Shown here: positions 23,823 through 34,404 of the stretch, one piece after another
Layout: each line of letters opens with the position of its first letter
How positions within the stretch are numbered: position 1 is the first letter of the stretch
NCBI GenBank assembly: GCA_904063045.1
Contig: CAJFCJ010000017.1
Location: forward strand, 868,001-932,000
Direction: 5' to 3'
Length of the DNA: 64,000 nt
Origin: Dimorphilus gyrociliatus
Lineage: Eukaryota; Animalia; Annelida
Translations under genes and position numbers: made by a program
The notes under the pieces: model-generated
Databases searched by the model: none
What the model saw: the letters and a program-made list of their open reading frames with translations, nothing else
Told to the model about the DNA's origin: nothing

Positions 23823-23854
23823 AGAGACTAGTCTCTATGGTTGCGCGGTAAACA
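23823..23854. promoter_or_regulatory. 14-bp palindrome, RFX half-site and forkhead site in the MAP2K5/IQCH bidirectional promoter
   Basis: AGAGACTAGTCTCT is a perfect palindrome at 23823-23836 and overlaps the X-box-like GTCTCTATGGTTGC (23831-23844). GTAAACA lies at 23848-23854. Confidence 0.4.
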
Positions 23855-23924
23855 ATGGAGGTGTGATAAATGTGTTATGTTTTTTATTTTTATAAGTTAT
23901 ATATCTAACTGAGAGTAATTATTA

Positions 23925-26900
23925 ATGATGTCATCCATGACGGAAAATCAATCCAATGCCGAAGATGTGGGGGAGACATTGATTAAGGTATGCATTTAAA
24001 GTAGTTTAGGATTTTGATCACAAAATTATAGGCCTAATTTATCAATCATTTCCAGACACAAAATGATTTAATAAAGCTCCGAGAATATCTTTCCAAGTCC
24101 GGTGTGTCCGATATGGCTCCATTAGAGTCTGCTATCGAAAGAATGGAAGAAAAAATTCAAACCAGAACAGAGGAAATACTAGATCGGATTAATGGCCAAG
24201 TTATGAGTCTTCCATCACTTGAAGAAAACGATATGACAGTTTCGATACAAATCTTCGATTTGGAAAAATCTCAGCAGCAAGTTCCTAAGAAAAAACCTGA
24301 AGAAGCAAAAGTGAATGGTCTAGTATCTCCCTCTCCTGGTCAGAAAGTTAAATTGAAACAAGATGCCAAAGCGTTAGCTAATCCTTATAGTTCAAGGAAT
24401 AGGCAGGTTTTACATGATAATCATGGTATACAATTACCTCTGTTAGTTGATCATAAACTTCCTGCACCGGAAGGACAAGTATATAAGGGATCGACGGTGG
24501 AAAAATTAGCTACTCTTTCTAGCAAACACGATCCGCAAAGTACCCCACCGCCAATTAAAGAGGAGGATGCGAAAAAGGGTATTCTTTCACTGACCCAGCG
24601 TAGATTAATACCACCTACAGCTGAATTACAATTTAGTCCATCCCCTCTCCAGCTTCAACTTGTTAACATGCGTCCAGCGGAAGAGAAACGAAATAGTATT
24701 GGACCGGGAAATCAAAAATCTTATTCTACAGCAGTTGTACCAGTCAAGAAGGTTGAGGAAGCGAGTTCTAGCGGTAGGCGAACAACATCTAGTAATAAAA
24801 ACCGACGAACAACTCCAGTTGCGGTTAAGAATGTTGAATTAGGTATACACCAACCAATGCCGCCACCAACCACACCGGCTAGTGGTGACTTTAAAGAAAA
24901 AGGACATCGAATAGCCGTTCAGAATGGGCGTCTGCGAGAAGCAGCCCCCGAATTTCACGCATACAAACAGGCATATTGCCTTAATTGGGGCCCAATAGCA
25001 ACTCTATTGAAGAGATCGTGCAAACTATTGCAGAACTATAATGTACCAATTGCCTTTATTCAAGGAGATAAAGCAGCTGAGTTGGCTTTCGAAATTGAAT
25101 TAGAAGGTGATTTGACTATCCCTCAATTATTATCGATCATAGCTAATAGAGAAGACGTTGAAGCCATTATAAAACAACCTGGCAGAACTTTTAGAGCTAC
25201 AGACACGGGAGTTCATAAGGCAGCCGCAAGAATACAAGCTACTTGGAAAATGTTCGGTCAAAGGAGAAACTATCTAGAGTATAGGAGAAAGAAATGGGCT
25301 GCAGGGGTAATAGCTATAAGTTGGATTATGAGCGTAAAAATGTCGAAAGTTCGACGTCAATTAAAGACAACTCGCCTCGAGCAAGTTGCATCCTTTAAAA
25401 GACGGCTGCAGGATTTGAAGAAGAGGTGGCCTTCCATTAAAGAATCTCGTCGTGTTATCATACACATAAATTCGTATGGATATAACGATTATATCCGTAA
25501 ATCAACCACAAAATTAAACATTCGTCAAAACTTGCAGATGGCGCGTTTGTGTGACTTAAGGGATGATAACGTTGATGTTATTTATATAAGTTCGGTTACG
25601 ATAAGTGATGAAATGACGCAATACTATTCAAAATTGATGGGACTGAAGCCCGCCATCGAATCGTCAAATGTTGATGATCAGCGAGACATTTCCGAGAGAT
25701 TTACCATAATAACTCCAGATGCTATAAACTCCTTTCCTGCTCATAATATGTGTTTGGCCTCTTTACTCAAGTACTCTCCTAGAACTCTGAACAGGATAAA
25801 AAGCATCATTAAAGGTCGAGAAGCTTATATTTATACTGGTTTTCCTCAAATCGACGATTTGGCAGTCGCCGATGCTCTTAACGTTCCAATTATTTGTTCA
25901 GAGCCAAATATCTCATCATCGTATAGCTCTAAATCCGGTTCGAGGAGAATACTCATCGGAGCAGACGTACCAATTCCTCCCGGAGAGTTCGATATATATA
26001 AAGCGCAACATTTATACGAAAGTCTCGCTCAATTAATCATCGACAATCTTCAAGTTAGCCGTTGGTTAATCAAAATTGATGAGGAGATGGAGGGTCGCGG
26101 TATTGCGTATATTGATATCGATAAACACCTCCAATGCTACGATTGGGCAGTAAGAGAGGCCGCTAGGTACGGAGATAAATGGAACAAAAAGTGGGCCCAA
26201 GAGGCAGCTCTTATTAAAATTCAAACTGAATTGCCGAGTGTTATTCAACAATTCGCTATTCCTGCCTGTAGGGACATATATCCCACTTGGGAAGAATTTG
26301 AAAAAGCTCTGATATCTAGAGGAGGTGGCGTTGAGGCGTCACCTCCCTCCGAAAGTGTAACAGCTATTACCGCTGATATGATGATTGAACCAGATGGTAC
26401 AATTCAATTACTAAGTGTTGGTGATCAAGTTCACGCCGAAAACCCTTTTCACTGTTGGGGTATATCCGTACCCCAGTCGTCAGTGGAACCGCAACAACTA
26501 AACGAAATCCTGCAGAAAGTGGCAGAGACGTGCCGAAATCGTCATATTGTTGGTCCAATATCAATTGATCTTGTCACATTTATACATCCAAAAACTATGG
26601 AGCAACTCGTTTGGGCAGTGAACGTTAATATGAAATACTCTGATACTATGGCTATGTTTAACATGCTTTTATTTGCAACGAATGCAAAATTTGACGCCGT
26701 TAATCATGTTTTAGAATGCCCACCACCGCCCCCTGATCCAAAGAAGCGGCGGGACGCTAAACCCCAAACGGAAACAAACAATTCCAGATACGCCGTTTTA
26801 TCTACAAGATTGCAACATTCGAATTTAACAGTTGTTCACTACAGTGTCTTCTTCCAGATGTGTCGGGCTCATGGTATTGGCTACGATGTTAGGGAAAAAC

Positions 26901-27145
26901 AAGGGACAATTTTTACGTTAGTCGATTCCTTTTCTCGAGATCGTCTCGGGATGTTAACCGTATCGGATACCCTCCAAGCTGCCTTAGCTAGTTTTGCTAG
27001 GAACTTAAGTGTTATCCATCAGGAGATCAGCGCTCCAAATATGCAAGGGGAAAGTAACTTTAGAGCGGTTATTGATGATATTGAAGCGATTCTCGGAACA
27101 ACGGTCGAGAACGCAGATGAAGAGAATGTCGAGAATGAGAAATAA
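23925..27145 (+). CDS. IQCH: IQ-motif-containing protein H; exons 23925-23987 and 24056-27145
   Basis: IQ motif AARIQATWKM followed by the IQCH conserved region (NLQMARLCDL, LASLLKYSPRTL, ATP-grasp-like C-terminus). The 63-nt first exon (MMSSMTENQSNAEDVGETLIK) resembles the IQCH N-terminus and splices in frame. Confidence 0.88.
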
Positions 27146-27374
27146 ACCAGTTTTAGTCTGTCTTTATTAAATGATACAATATACATGGAAATTTTTTTTA
27201 TATATATTTATATTTATTTTCTTTTTTCTAACTCGCGTGATTATTGTAATAGTTGCAATTGGTAGGCCTACAGTAATAATATAAAAAAAAACCCGTTAGA
27301 AATAGGTTTATTCAGTAAATTTATTGGGATATTGAAAGAGACTGAGCTCACGCATATACTTCAAGTACAAGCTC

Positions 27375-27377
<3 letters not shown>

Positions 27378-27412
<35 letters not shown>
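27378..27412. repeat. (TA)n microsatellite
   Basis: Pure TA run of about 35 nt. Confidence 0.95.
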
Positions 27413-27413
<1 letters not shown>

Positions 27414-27763
27414 TTATACATTTATTGCTACAAGGAAATATATATGCCGTAAAGGGTAAATATATAAATTGCATATACGTACGTACTGTATTCTATATCT
27501 ATATCTATATGTATTTGTATACAAATATAAATATAGATATTAATATACAAGTATATCTAATCTATACGCTGTATGTAATTTTGTATAAGAACAATGTTTT
27601 TATACGTGTGTATATACGTTTAATAAACATATAATTTCATAGTTTAATCGACTAGGAGAGAGGAATGCAATTAGTTACTTGGAAACCTATTAAATGCAGA
27701 TTGAGTAAAATTGTTTTAATTTTAGTTTGTACATGTTTAAAAGACAATTAATATATAGTTTGA

Positions 27764-27767
<4 letters not shown>

Positions 27768-27799
<32 letters not shown>
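27768..27799. repeat. (TA)n microsatellite
   Basis: Pure TA run of about 32 nt. Confidence 0.95.
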
Positions 27800-27803
<4 letters not shown>

Positions 27804-28425
27804 ACTTGTATAACTTCTTATACAATATAAATAGGTAAACAAAATACAAACATGGAATTATTTATACTCAAGTTATTATTAATAATATCATTCATTATTC
27901 TTCTTTAAATTTTAGCATAGAACGTTGTATAAGCAGTTTGCGAAGATAGTAATAATAATAACTTTATTAATTGAGATGTTATTACTAAATTGATAGAATA
28001 AATAGTATTAACATTAAATAGCAGTATTAGAAGAAGTAATCTTAATTATGGTAGTAGAGTAATTAAAGATTGTTTAGTTTGTCGACCTAGTGCTTGTAAT
28101 AGTTACATAAATTGTGATCAAACACTCTTATAGTTAGGAAGATTAGCGGAAGTAGAATAAACGGGAAGAAAAGCAGAAAGGGTAAAAAGGACGAGAAGGT
28201 ATTAGGATATAATAGAAAGGAAAACGTAAATGAGTCAGTCAGGAAATGGTAGCCATATGAAAAAAAAATGAAAATTTCGAAACTAAAACATAAATATAAA
28301 AAATATATAAAACGAAGACAATGAATATAATAATAATAATAGTAACAAATAATAGTAATAATAATAGTAATAATAGTAATTATATAAAAAACACACAAGT
28401 GAAATATTGGAAGAAATCACGACAT

Positions 28426-28494
28426 TCACTGGTTGACGAGAATATTCTTTGCTCTCTTGTCAGCTACTCTAATGCGATTATCCAGCGATACGGC
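28426..28494 (-). CDS. SNAP25: SNAP25 alternative terminal exon b ([22 protein letters not shown])
   Basis: Long polypyrimidine tract and TTTAG acceptor, phase 0; aligns residue by residue with terminal exon a. Confidence 0.85.
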   Translation of the reverse strand, partial: AVSLDNRIRVADKRAKNILVNQ

Positions 28495-31374
28495 CTAAAC
28501 AAAAATAACGAAAAGGAAAATTTTAAAAGGGGAAGATCTATTATTCACGCAGTAGTTTATTAGCTCTCTTATTCGCCTCTTGAATACGTGTTTCGTTCGA
28601 CATGCCCTGTGAGAAGCAGAGAAATGCAAAGCAGAAAATTAATAGAAGCGTTAATCGATAGCGTAAATATATCATGTGCTGATTCCTTCCGGCAGTAATC
28701 ATTATGACAAAGGCCAGCAATTAACAAAGCGAAAATCTCTTGGAACAAGAGTAAAGAAGAAAAATTAAAAGAATAAAGTGCCAAACCTTCTGATTTATGC
28801 GGTCGATTTGTTTATTCTGCGATTCCAGTTCATTGCCCATATCCACAGCCATGTTCCTTAGATTTGATATCATACCACTAACTTCTCCCAAATTCTGTTC
28901 CATTTCATCCTCCCTTGCATCGTTAGTTATTCGAGTCACGTAATTACCAGACATTCCGGCTTGATTGTCGCCAACTATCATTCTTGGTCCGTTTGTGTTA
29001 ACCTATAAATAATTTACAAGTGATATTATCATTTTTTACTATATTTCCTATTATTAATATAATTATACATAATATTATTATTGTTATTAATGTTATTATT
29101 AGTAAGAGTATCAGTAGTAGTTTAAGTAGTAGTAATAGTATTATCTTTGGTAAAAAACAATTTCTTTGGTCAGAATTCTATTTTAATTCTTCCCTTCATT
29201 AGCCTGCTTCTTATGTGTCTATTTCTGCTAAGAACGACAAAGAAGGGGTAAACTAAATCAACTAAACTAACCTTTCCATCTTCATTCCCCTTCCAAGTAT
29301 CCTTATAAGCGGAATCTTTTTCGAAATTTTTACTCCTCTTCCACGGCAAGACGCATAGACCGCAACATTTTTCCATACCCTCCAAATTCTTTTCGGCATC
29401 TTTCATATCTTGATTAATCTGATCCATTCCTTCTTCGATCCTCTCCAATTGTTCTATAAGCGAATTTAATAAACTTAAAGCTAGTCTTTACTCAGAAATT
29501 TTCCACTCAAATAATTGCAATTAAACTAGAAAAAAAAAGGAATAAAACAAATCGTTCTTAATCAAAGATGATTGGAAAGCAGCTTATTTCCTAATCTGTC
29601 TAAGAATATCATACCCCCTTGAACTGCTAACGTTGCAATAGTATTCACCCCGGCATCTTGTGTCTGTATTTTTTGGTTTGTCAGTTTACACATACAAATA
29701 AAAAAGATAAAGATAAAAAAAAAAAGGAAAAATAAAAGGGATGGTTTTGCTATCAAATGCAGATCGAAATTGGAGAGTTTTTGCAGTTGACACCAAGATC
29801 AACGCAATGTACATATAAATTCGTTTAGAAAACGATAAAATATAACTAATAAGCACATAGAACTAAGAGCGGTTATCAAACAATACTGATACTATGAAAA
29901 ATATGAAAAACGACACTAATAAGTACAAACCAGAAAAAAAGGAAAAAAAAACATTTCATATAATAGATAAGAAAATCAAAAGATAAGAAATTAGGTGAAA
30001 AGGACAAGAAAAAGAAATTGATCTATGTCGATTATAATCCTTTTATAAACAATAGAACGCTTTCCAATCATCGATATCGTCAGAATTATCACTGTTCTTG
30101 TTATTGTTGTTATTCCTTTTATTGCTTGTCTGGCGTTTATTTTTTTTTTTTGTATCTAAGAAAAATTTTCAAAACAAACCTCCTTGTTCGTCCAACATAA
30201 CGAGCGTCCTAATTCCAGCATCTTTACTCTAAAAGGAAAAAATGCAACAAATACGAAAATAGACAAGTTACCAAAAGAGATATTGAACACACTCATCTAC
30301 AATTATAGTACATACTTGTTTATAATAAATACTATAGACAGAAAAAACATCTTCAACTTAGGAAACAAAGTATAAAAGTGAGAAATGTACGTAATTATAA
30401 TAGTAATAATAAAAAGAATAATACTATCGTAAATATTATACTTAATTAACAACACATTGGATTATTTATTACGTAATGGCACTTATTATTAGTTAAAAAA
30501 AATCAGTAGCATAGGCGAATAATCTAGCAAAACTATTGTATGTAAAAAAAGAAAAAAAAACCAAATAGGACAAAAAATTGATAAGTCACATGTAAATTAA
30601 TTATACGATCTCAAACAATAATACTTGTTCGCTATTCTCCAACAAAACAAAAAGAAAAAAAAAAGACAAACAATACACATAAGCAGTACTAGTTATGCAT
30701 AAAATATAATTTTAACTTACCTCCTCGCATAATGCCACCATGCGTCTCGTACTCTCCAAACTCTGTTTCGAAAAATGGCATTGATTATTTAGTATCTTTT
30801 CGTTAAAAAATTGAAATAAACAGGAGAAAAGTGGAGTTATCTGTTTAAACTTTTAAGTAATGAAACAATTATTAACTAAAGTTTTAAGATCGATGAATGT
30901 CAATTGACAAGAGACGCCGCTTGGTTAATAAAGCTTGAACCTGAATTGTTCCATTATTAATATCCAATTGAATTTGTTCATCTTCTGTAGGTGTTCGGAT
31001 TGGACGCTCCTCCTCATTTTCACATTGTTTTTCAGAGTAACTCATTACATCGACCGGCGACCGTTTTCATAGTTCGAATATTCGTACAGGGAGACGCCGC
31101 GCGCGAAAATTACAACGTCTAGACGATAGGCGGCGTTGGACACAGTCAGATCGATAGGCAAAACGCAGTGTAATTATGTAAAAATCGATTTCAAAGCGTC
31201 CGCCCATAAATCGACAGCGACTGTCATAATGTAGAAGGAGAACCAAAACGGGGTGGGGAGAAAGGAGGCGAATGAATGAATTGTACTAACCTCATCAGTT
31301 TTTGCATTCATTTGCATGTGAATGTCCATGGGACCAGTAGGGCTACCAGCAGTGGGGCTTTGTGGTTCCTCCAT
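28426..31374 (-). CDS. SNAP25: Synaptosomal-associated protein 25 with three alternative exon pairs; constitutive exons 30762-30721, 29453-29272 and 29002-28787
   Basis: Reconstructed [14 protein letters not shown] / [16 protein letters not shown] / [29 protein letters not shown] / [14 protein letters not shown]...[11 protein letters not shown] / [15 protein letters not shown]. All GT-AG junctions are phase-consistent, and the 42-nt and 49-nt exons match vertebrate SNAP25 exon sizes. Confidence 0.97.
28541..28606 (-). CDS. SNAP25: SNAP25 alternative terminal exon a ([21 protein letters not shown])
   Basis: CACAG acceptor, phase 0; closest to the canonical SNAP-25 C-terminus. Confidence 0.92.
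   Translation of the reverse strand, partial: GMSNETRIQEANKRANKLLRE
29567..30072. repeat. Perfect 14-bp intronic inverted repeat flanking SNAP25 49-nt exon B
   Basis: GATGATTGGAAAGC at 29567-29580 and its reverse complement GCTTTCCAATCATC at 30059-30072. Confidence 0.85.
29615..29663 (-). CDS. SNAP25: SNAP25 mutually exclusive 49-nt exon B ([16 protein letters not shown])
   Basis: TACAG acceptor and GTATGA donor. Same length and phases (0 to 1) as exon A, with DAG..T...L..QG conserved. Confidence 0.88.
30180..30228 (-). CDS. SNAP25: SNAP25 mutually exclusive 49-nt exon A ([16 protein letters not shown])
   Basis: TTTAG acceptor and GTTTG donor. The peptide is identical to vertebrate SNAP-25 residues 39-54 as recalled. 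Confidence 0.95.
30941..31045 (-). CDS. SNAP25: SNAP25 alternative N-terminal exon b ([35 protein letters not shown])
   Basis: ATG-initiated 105-nt open frame ending at CAG|GTTCAA in phase 0, which would join SLESTRR. A CpG-rich patch lies immediately upstream (about 31050-31210). Confidence 0.65.
31291..31374 (-). CDS. SNAP25: SNAP25 N-terminal exon a ([28 protein letters not shown])
   Basis: A CACAG acceptor precedes the ATG, the donor is GTTAG in phase 0, and the exon ends in ..TDE like canonical SNAP-25. Confidence 0.9.
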
Positions 31375-34300
31375 ATTGTTAGTCTGTGTATGAAAATAAA
31401 TGATAAAAACACAAAACTACATACATAATATATCTAAATAAAGACTTATTAAACCATCAAATTGCTTTACTTAGTTAAACGCTTCAGCCTTATCGAATAA
31501 TTTTTCCCTATTTATTTATTCAGAAACTAATTTCTGCATTATGATCAAGAAAAAAAAATTGACCGTCATATTGCTTTTCTTATTTATACAAATCGGTTTA
31601 TCGCCAATAGTTGTGGCTAAAACATGCTTTAACCTTTACTTTTATTCTACTCAATATTATTCCGCTGACTTCCTCATATAACAAACTGTAACGCAATCGA
31701 TTTCTTCTAGAGGAAGCCGAAAATTTCTCTTTAACAAAATTATCATTAATCCATCCATATCGGTTTATCTTATTCTCTTTTTTTTTTTTTTTTTCTCTTT
31801 TCATCCCTTTTCCTGCCTCCACTAACCGTCCCACCACCATTTACTCGGATCAATCTATCTATATCTTTTTCTCTGTCATTTACTCCCCCTCCTTTTTTTT
31901 TATAGTTTAATAAAAATGTCCTAAAAACCCAGCTGTCAAGGTAAAATAAAGATATATTACATAAGTGATTGTAAATATATATCAGTATAATATATTTATA
32001 AAAAAGATATTTTTCGCCTCTTCTCTTCTGCTATCTCACTCGCCCATTCACTCTTCCTCAATTACTGTCTTTGTTTCAAGAATTGAAAAGAAAAAAGATG
32101 ACAAGGCCGAAACTTTTTGGTGTATATTTCATTTTAGAACATTACTTAAAACAACCTTTTTATTGATTAGTCATAATCATGTATAAAAATATTAGAAAAC
32201 CATAAACTGTTGTATGAGTAATTAATAATACATGATTCATAAAATCATCATAATGTTCTTATGTGACACGTGGAGATATATCAATTGCAAACTGTTTTGC
32301 AAACGAGGTGATAGGATGAGAAAGAAGAAAACAAAATAAAATAAATTATTCCGGAGAAGATCATTCAAGCTAATAAACAATTGAAAATAAAAAAACAATT
32401 TGTATGTGTTTACAACAAGATCTATATATATTTTAGTGCCTTAGGAATGTTCTTCCAACAGCAATACTGCATTAAGACGTTTATATATATATATATATAC
32501 ATTCAGTACCAATATATATAGACTAATCCATAAAGATTTTATTGAAGAAATTGCGCATTCAATGTATTAAGACAGTTCTTGTCAACAGGCCAAAAACTAA
32601 ACAAATTGCATGCAATTGGTTTGTTAAAATAAAAAATGAAGAGATAGGAAGGGAGAGGTGGGATGAAAGGATTGAGGTACAAAAATAAAAACACAAACCC
32701 TCTTGAGAAAAGGCTCACTCTCCATAACGTTTTTTTTTCTGATTTTTTTTAGCTTACATCACCTGCTACATTGGGTTAGTACATGCAAAGATATATAATA
32801 AAATTCTATCAACTATAGATATATATATATATGTATATACTGAATAATAATATATTCTAAAAAATCGCCTACGTAAATTGATGCAGATTATAAAAATTAT
32901 ATAAACAGAGGAACCGAGCGACTGTTAATGGTAAACGGACCAGGAAAGACATCATAGCACTGAATTAGAACCAATTATTCTACGTTAATTCTCGTTAACA
33001 TCCACTAATTTTTATATTTAAACGATTTAATTATCATTTGAGACTATGAATTACCACAATCCACTTACGTTATAGCGAATTTAAGGGATTTAGAAGTAAA
33101 AAACCGCCTCCAAATCACTTGAGCGATATGGCTCCGATTTTTCTGTCCAATCAACAACCAGCTTACAGGAAAGAGTTATATTGGCCTATTAAACATTTTT
33201 GGCGCACATTTCACTTCATTCAAATTTCATGTTACAATTCTTTACAATTTTTTAAGGTGAAAAAAGGATAGTGATTTATAATTAACATTTATTTTCTTAT
33301 AAAACTGTACGCAGAATAAATTAGACTATGAATAAATTAATTACATTATCAACATTTAAAAAGGTATTATTCTCTTCTTATTATAATTCAGCAATTATAT
33401 AAAATTAGAACAACTTGCTCTTTAATAATGCAATCGGATCAAACGCGGGGAAAAAATATTTCCATAAGATACATTAATGGATAAATAAAAAGATACTCTA
33501 GGTATCTTTTAACATAGTTAATTCAATAAGTAAAGATTTAATCAAATGTAAATTTCGAACAAAAATCTCTTTTGTGTGTGTATCATTTACTTTCATTGAT
33601 ATTCATATCCTTTATTCAATTAAAAGAACACGTATAATGATTTTTTTTATTTGTTTTATCACCATATTCTTTTAATTGAAGGCTGTAAATCGTTAACTCT
33701 TTTACTTTATGCTTTATAGTTGCTTTGCATTTGCTTTATCCATATGAAAGATTATGCGAATAGCATGCAAATGGTGAATAATCTGAGAAGTAAAAATCAG
33801 TTTTCTCCCAAGTTCTCTCTCTTTCCTTTTTTAATTTATATTACAATCCAACGGTGAAATTGAGAGAAAAATGAGTTTTCTTTGATATAGTTTTTGCATT
33901 TCCTGCCTAATGAAATACTACTGAGTAAAAATTTTTCTCTTTGATTAGAAAAAGAATTGTCTTAGGAGAAGATTTATGGCATTTTTATGATTAATCAATG
34001 TAACGCGAAGTCTCTTTATTAGTTATAAATGTGACCTTAGAAATGTACTGTAAATTTTACATTTCTTAATCTTTATCAATAACTGCGAGATATTAGGAAA
34101 TATATTAGCGTATTCTAATTAACATCTGCAAATCGAGACTTACGGATTTTCCGATTTCCGAAATCGATTTCGCTTTCTTTCGGAATGTAGTAATTTTACG
34201 TGTTTAAACTTGCAGTCTATTGTTTGTTAAGTTTTATTTTGAAAAATCATATATTTTCTTATTAATTTTGACTGTAAGTTTTAATATTAATAAGAAGCAG

Positions 34301-34404
34301 CTTTCGTTAGGAGGTGAACTAAAAGTGAAATTGTTTTGCCAAGTTATCAAAACATTTGGGCGATATTACATGGTTTTTAGAATAATTCTTTTACAAATTT
34401 AGTC

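Noticed and set aside
28085-28200. Possible third SNAP25 terminal exon after a pyrimidine tract on the minus strand
   Set aside because: The phase-0 readings give SV* or CLITIYVT..., with no SNARE heptad similarity.
27332-28563. ORFs rich in Y/I/N repeats (27332-27634, 28087-28398, 28321-28563)
   Set aside because: Translations of (TA)n and (AAT)n low-complexity UTR or intergenic DNA.
29441-29777. 10-bp inverted match between the start of the SNAP25 Cys exon (CTCTCCAATT) and the A-B intron (AATTGGAGAG, 29768-29777)
   Set aside because: Too short to separate from chance by eye and does not extend. Worth rechecking only if the 14-bp duplex is confirmed.
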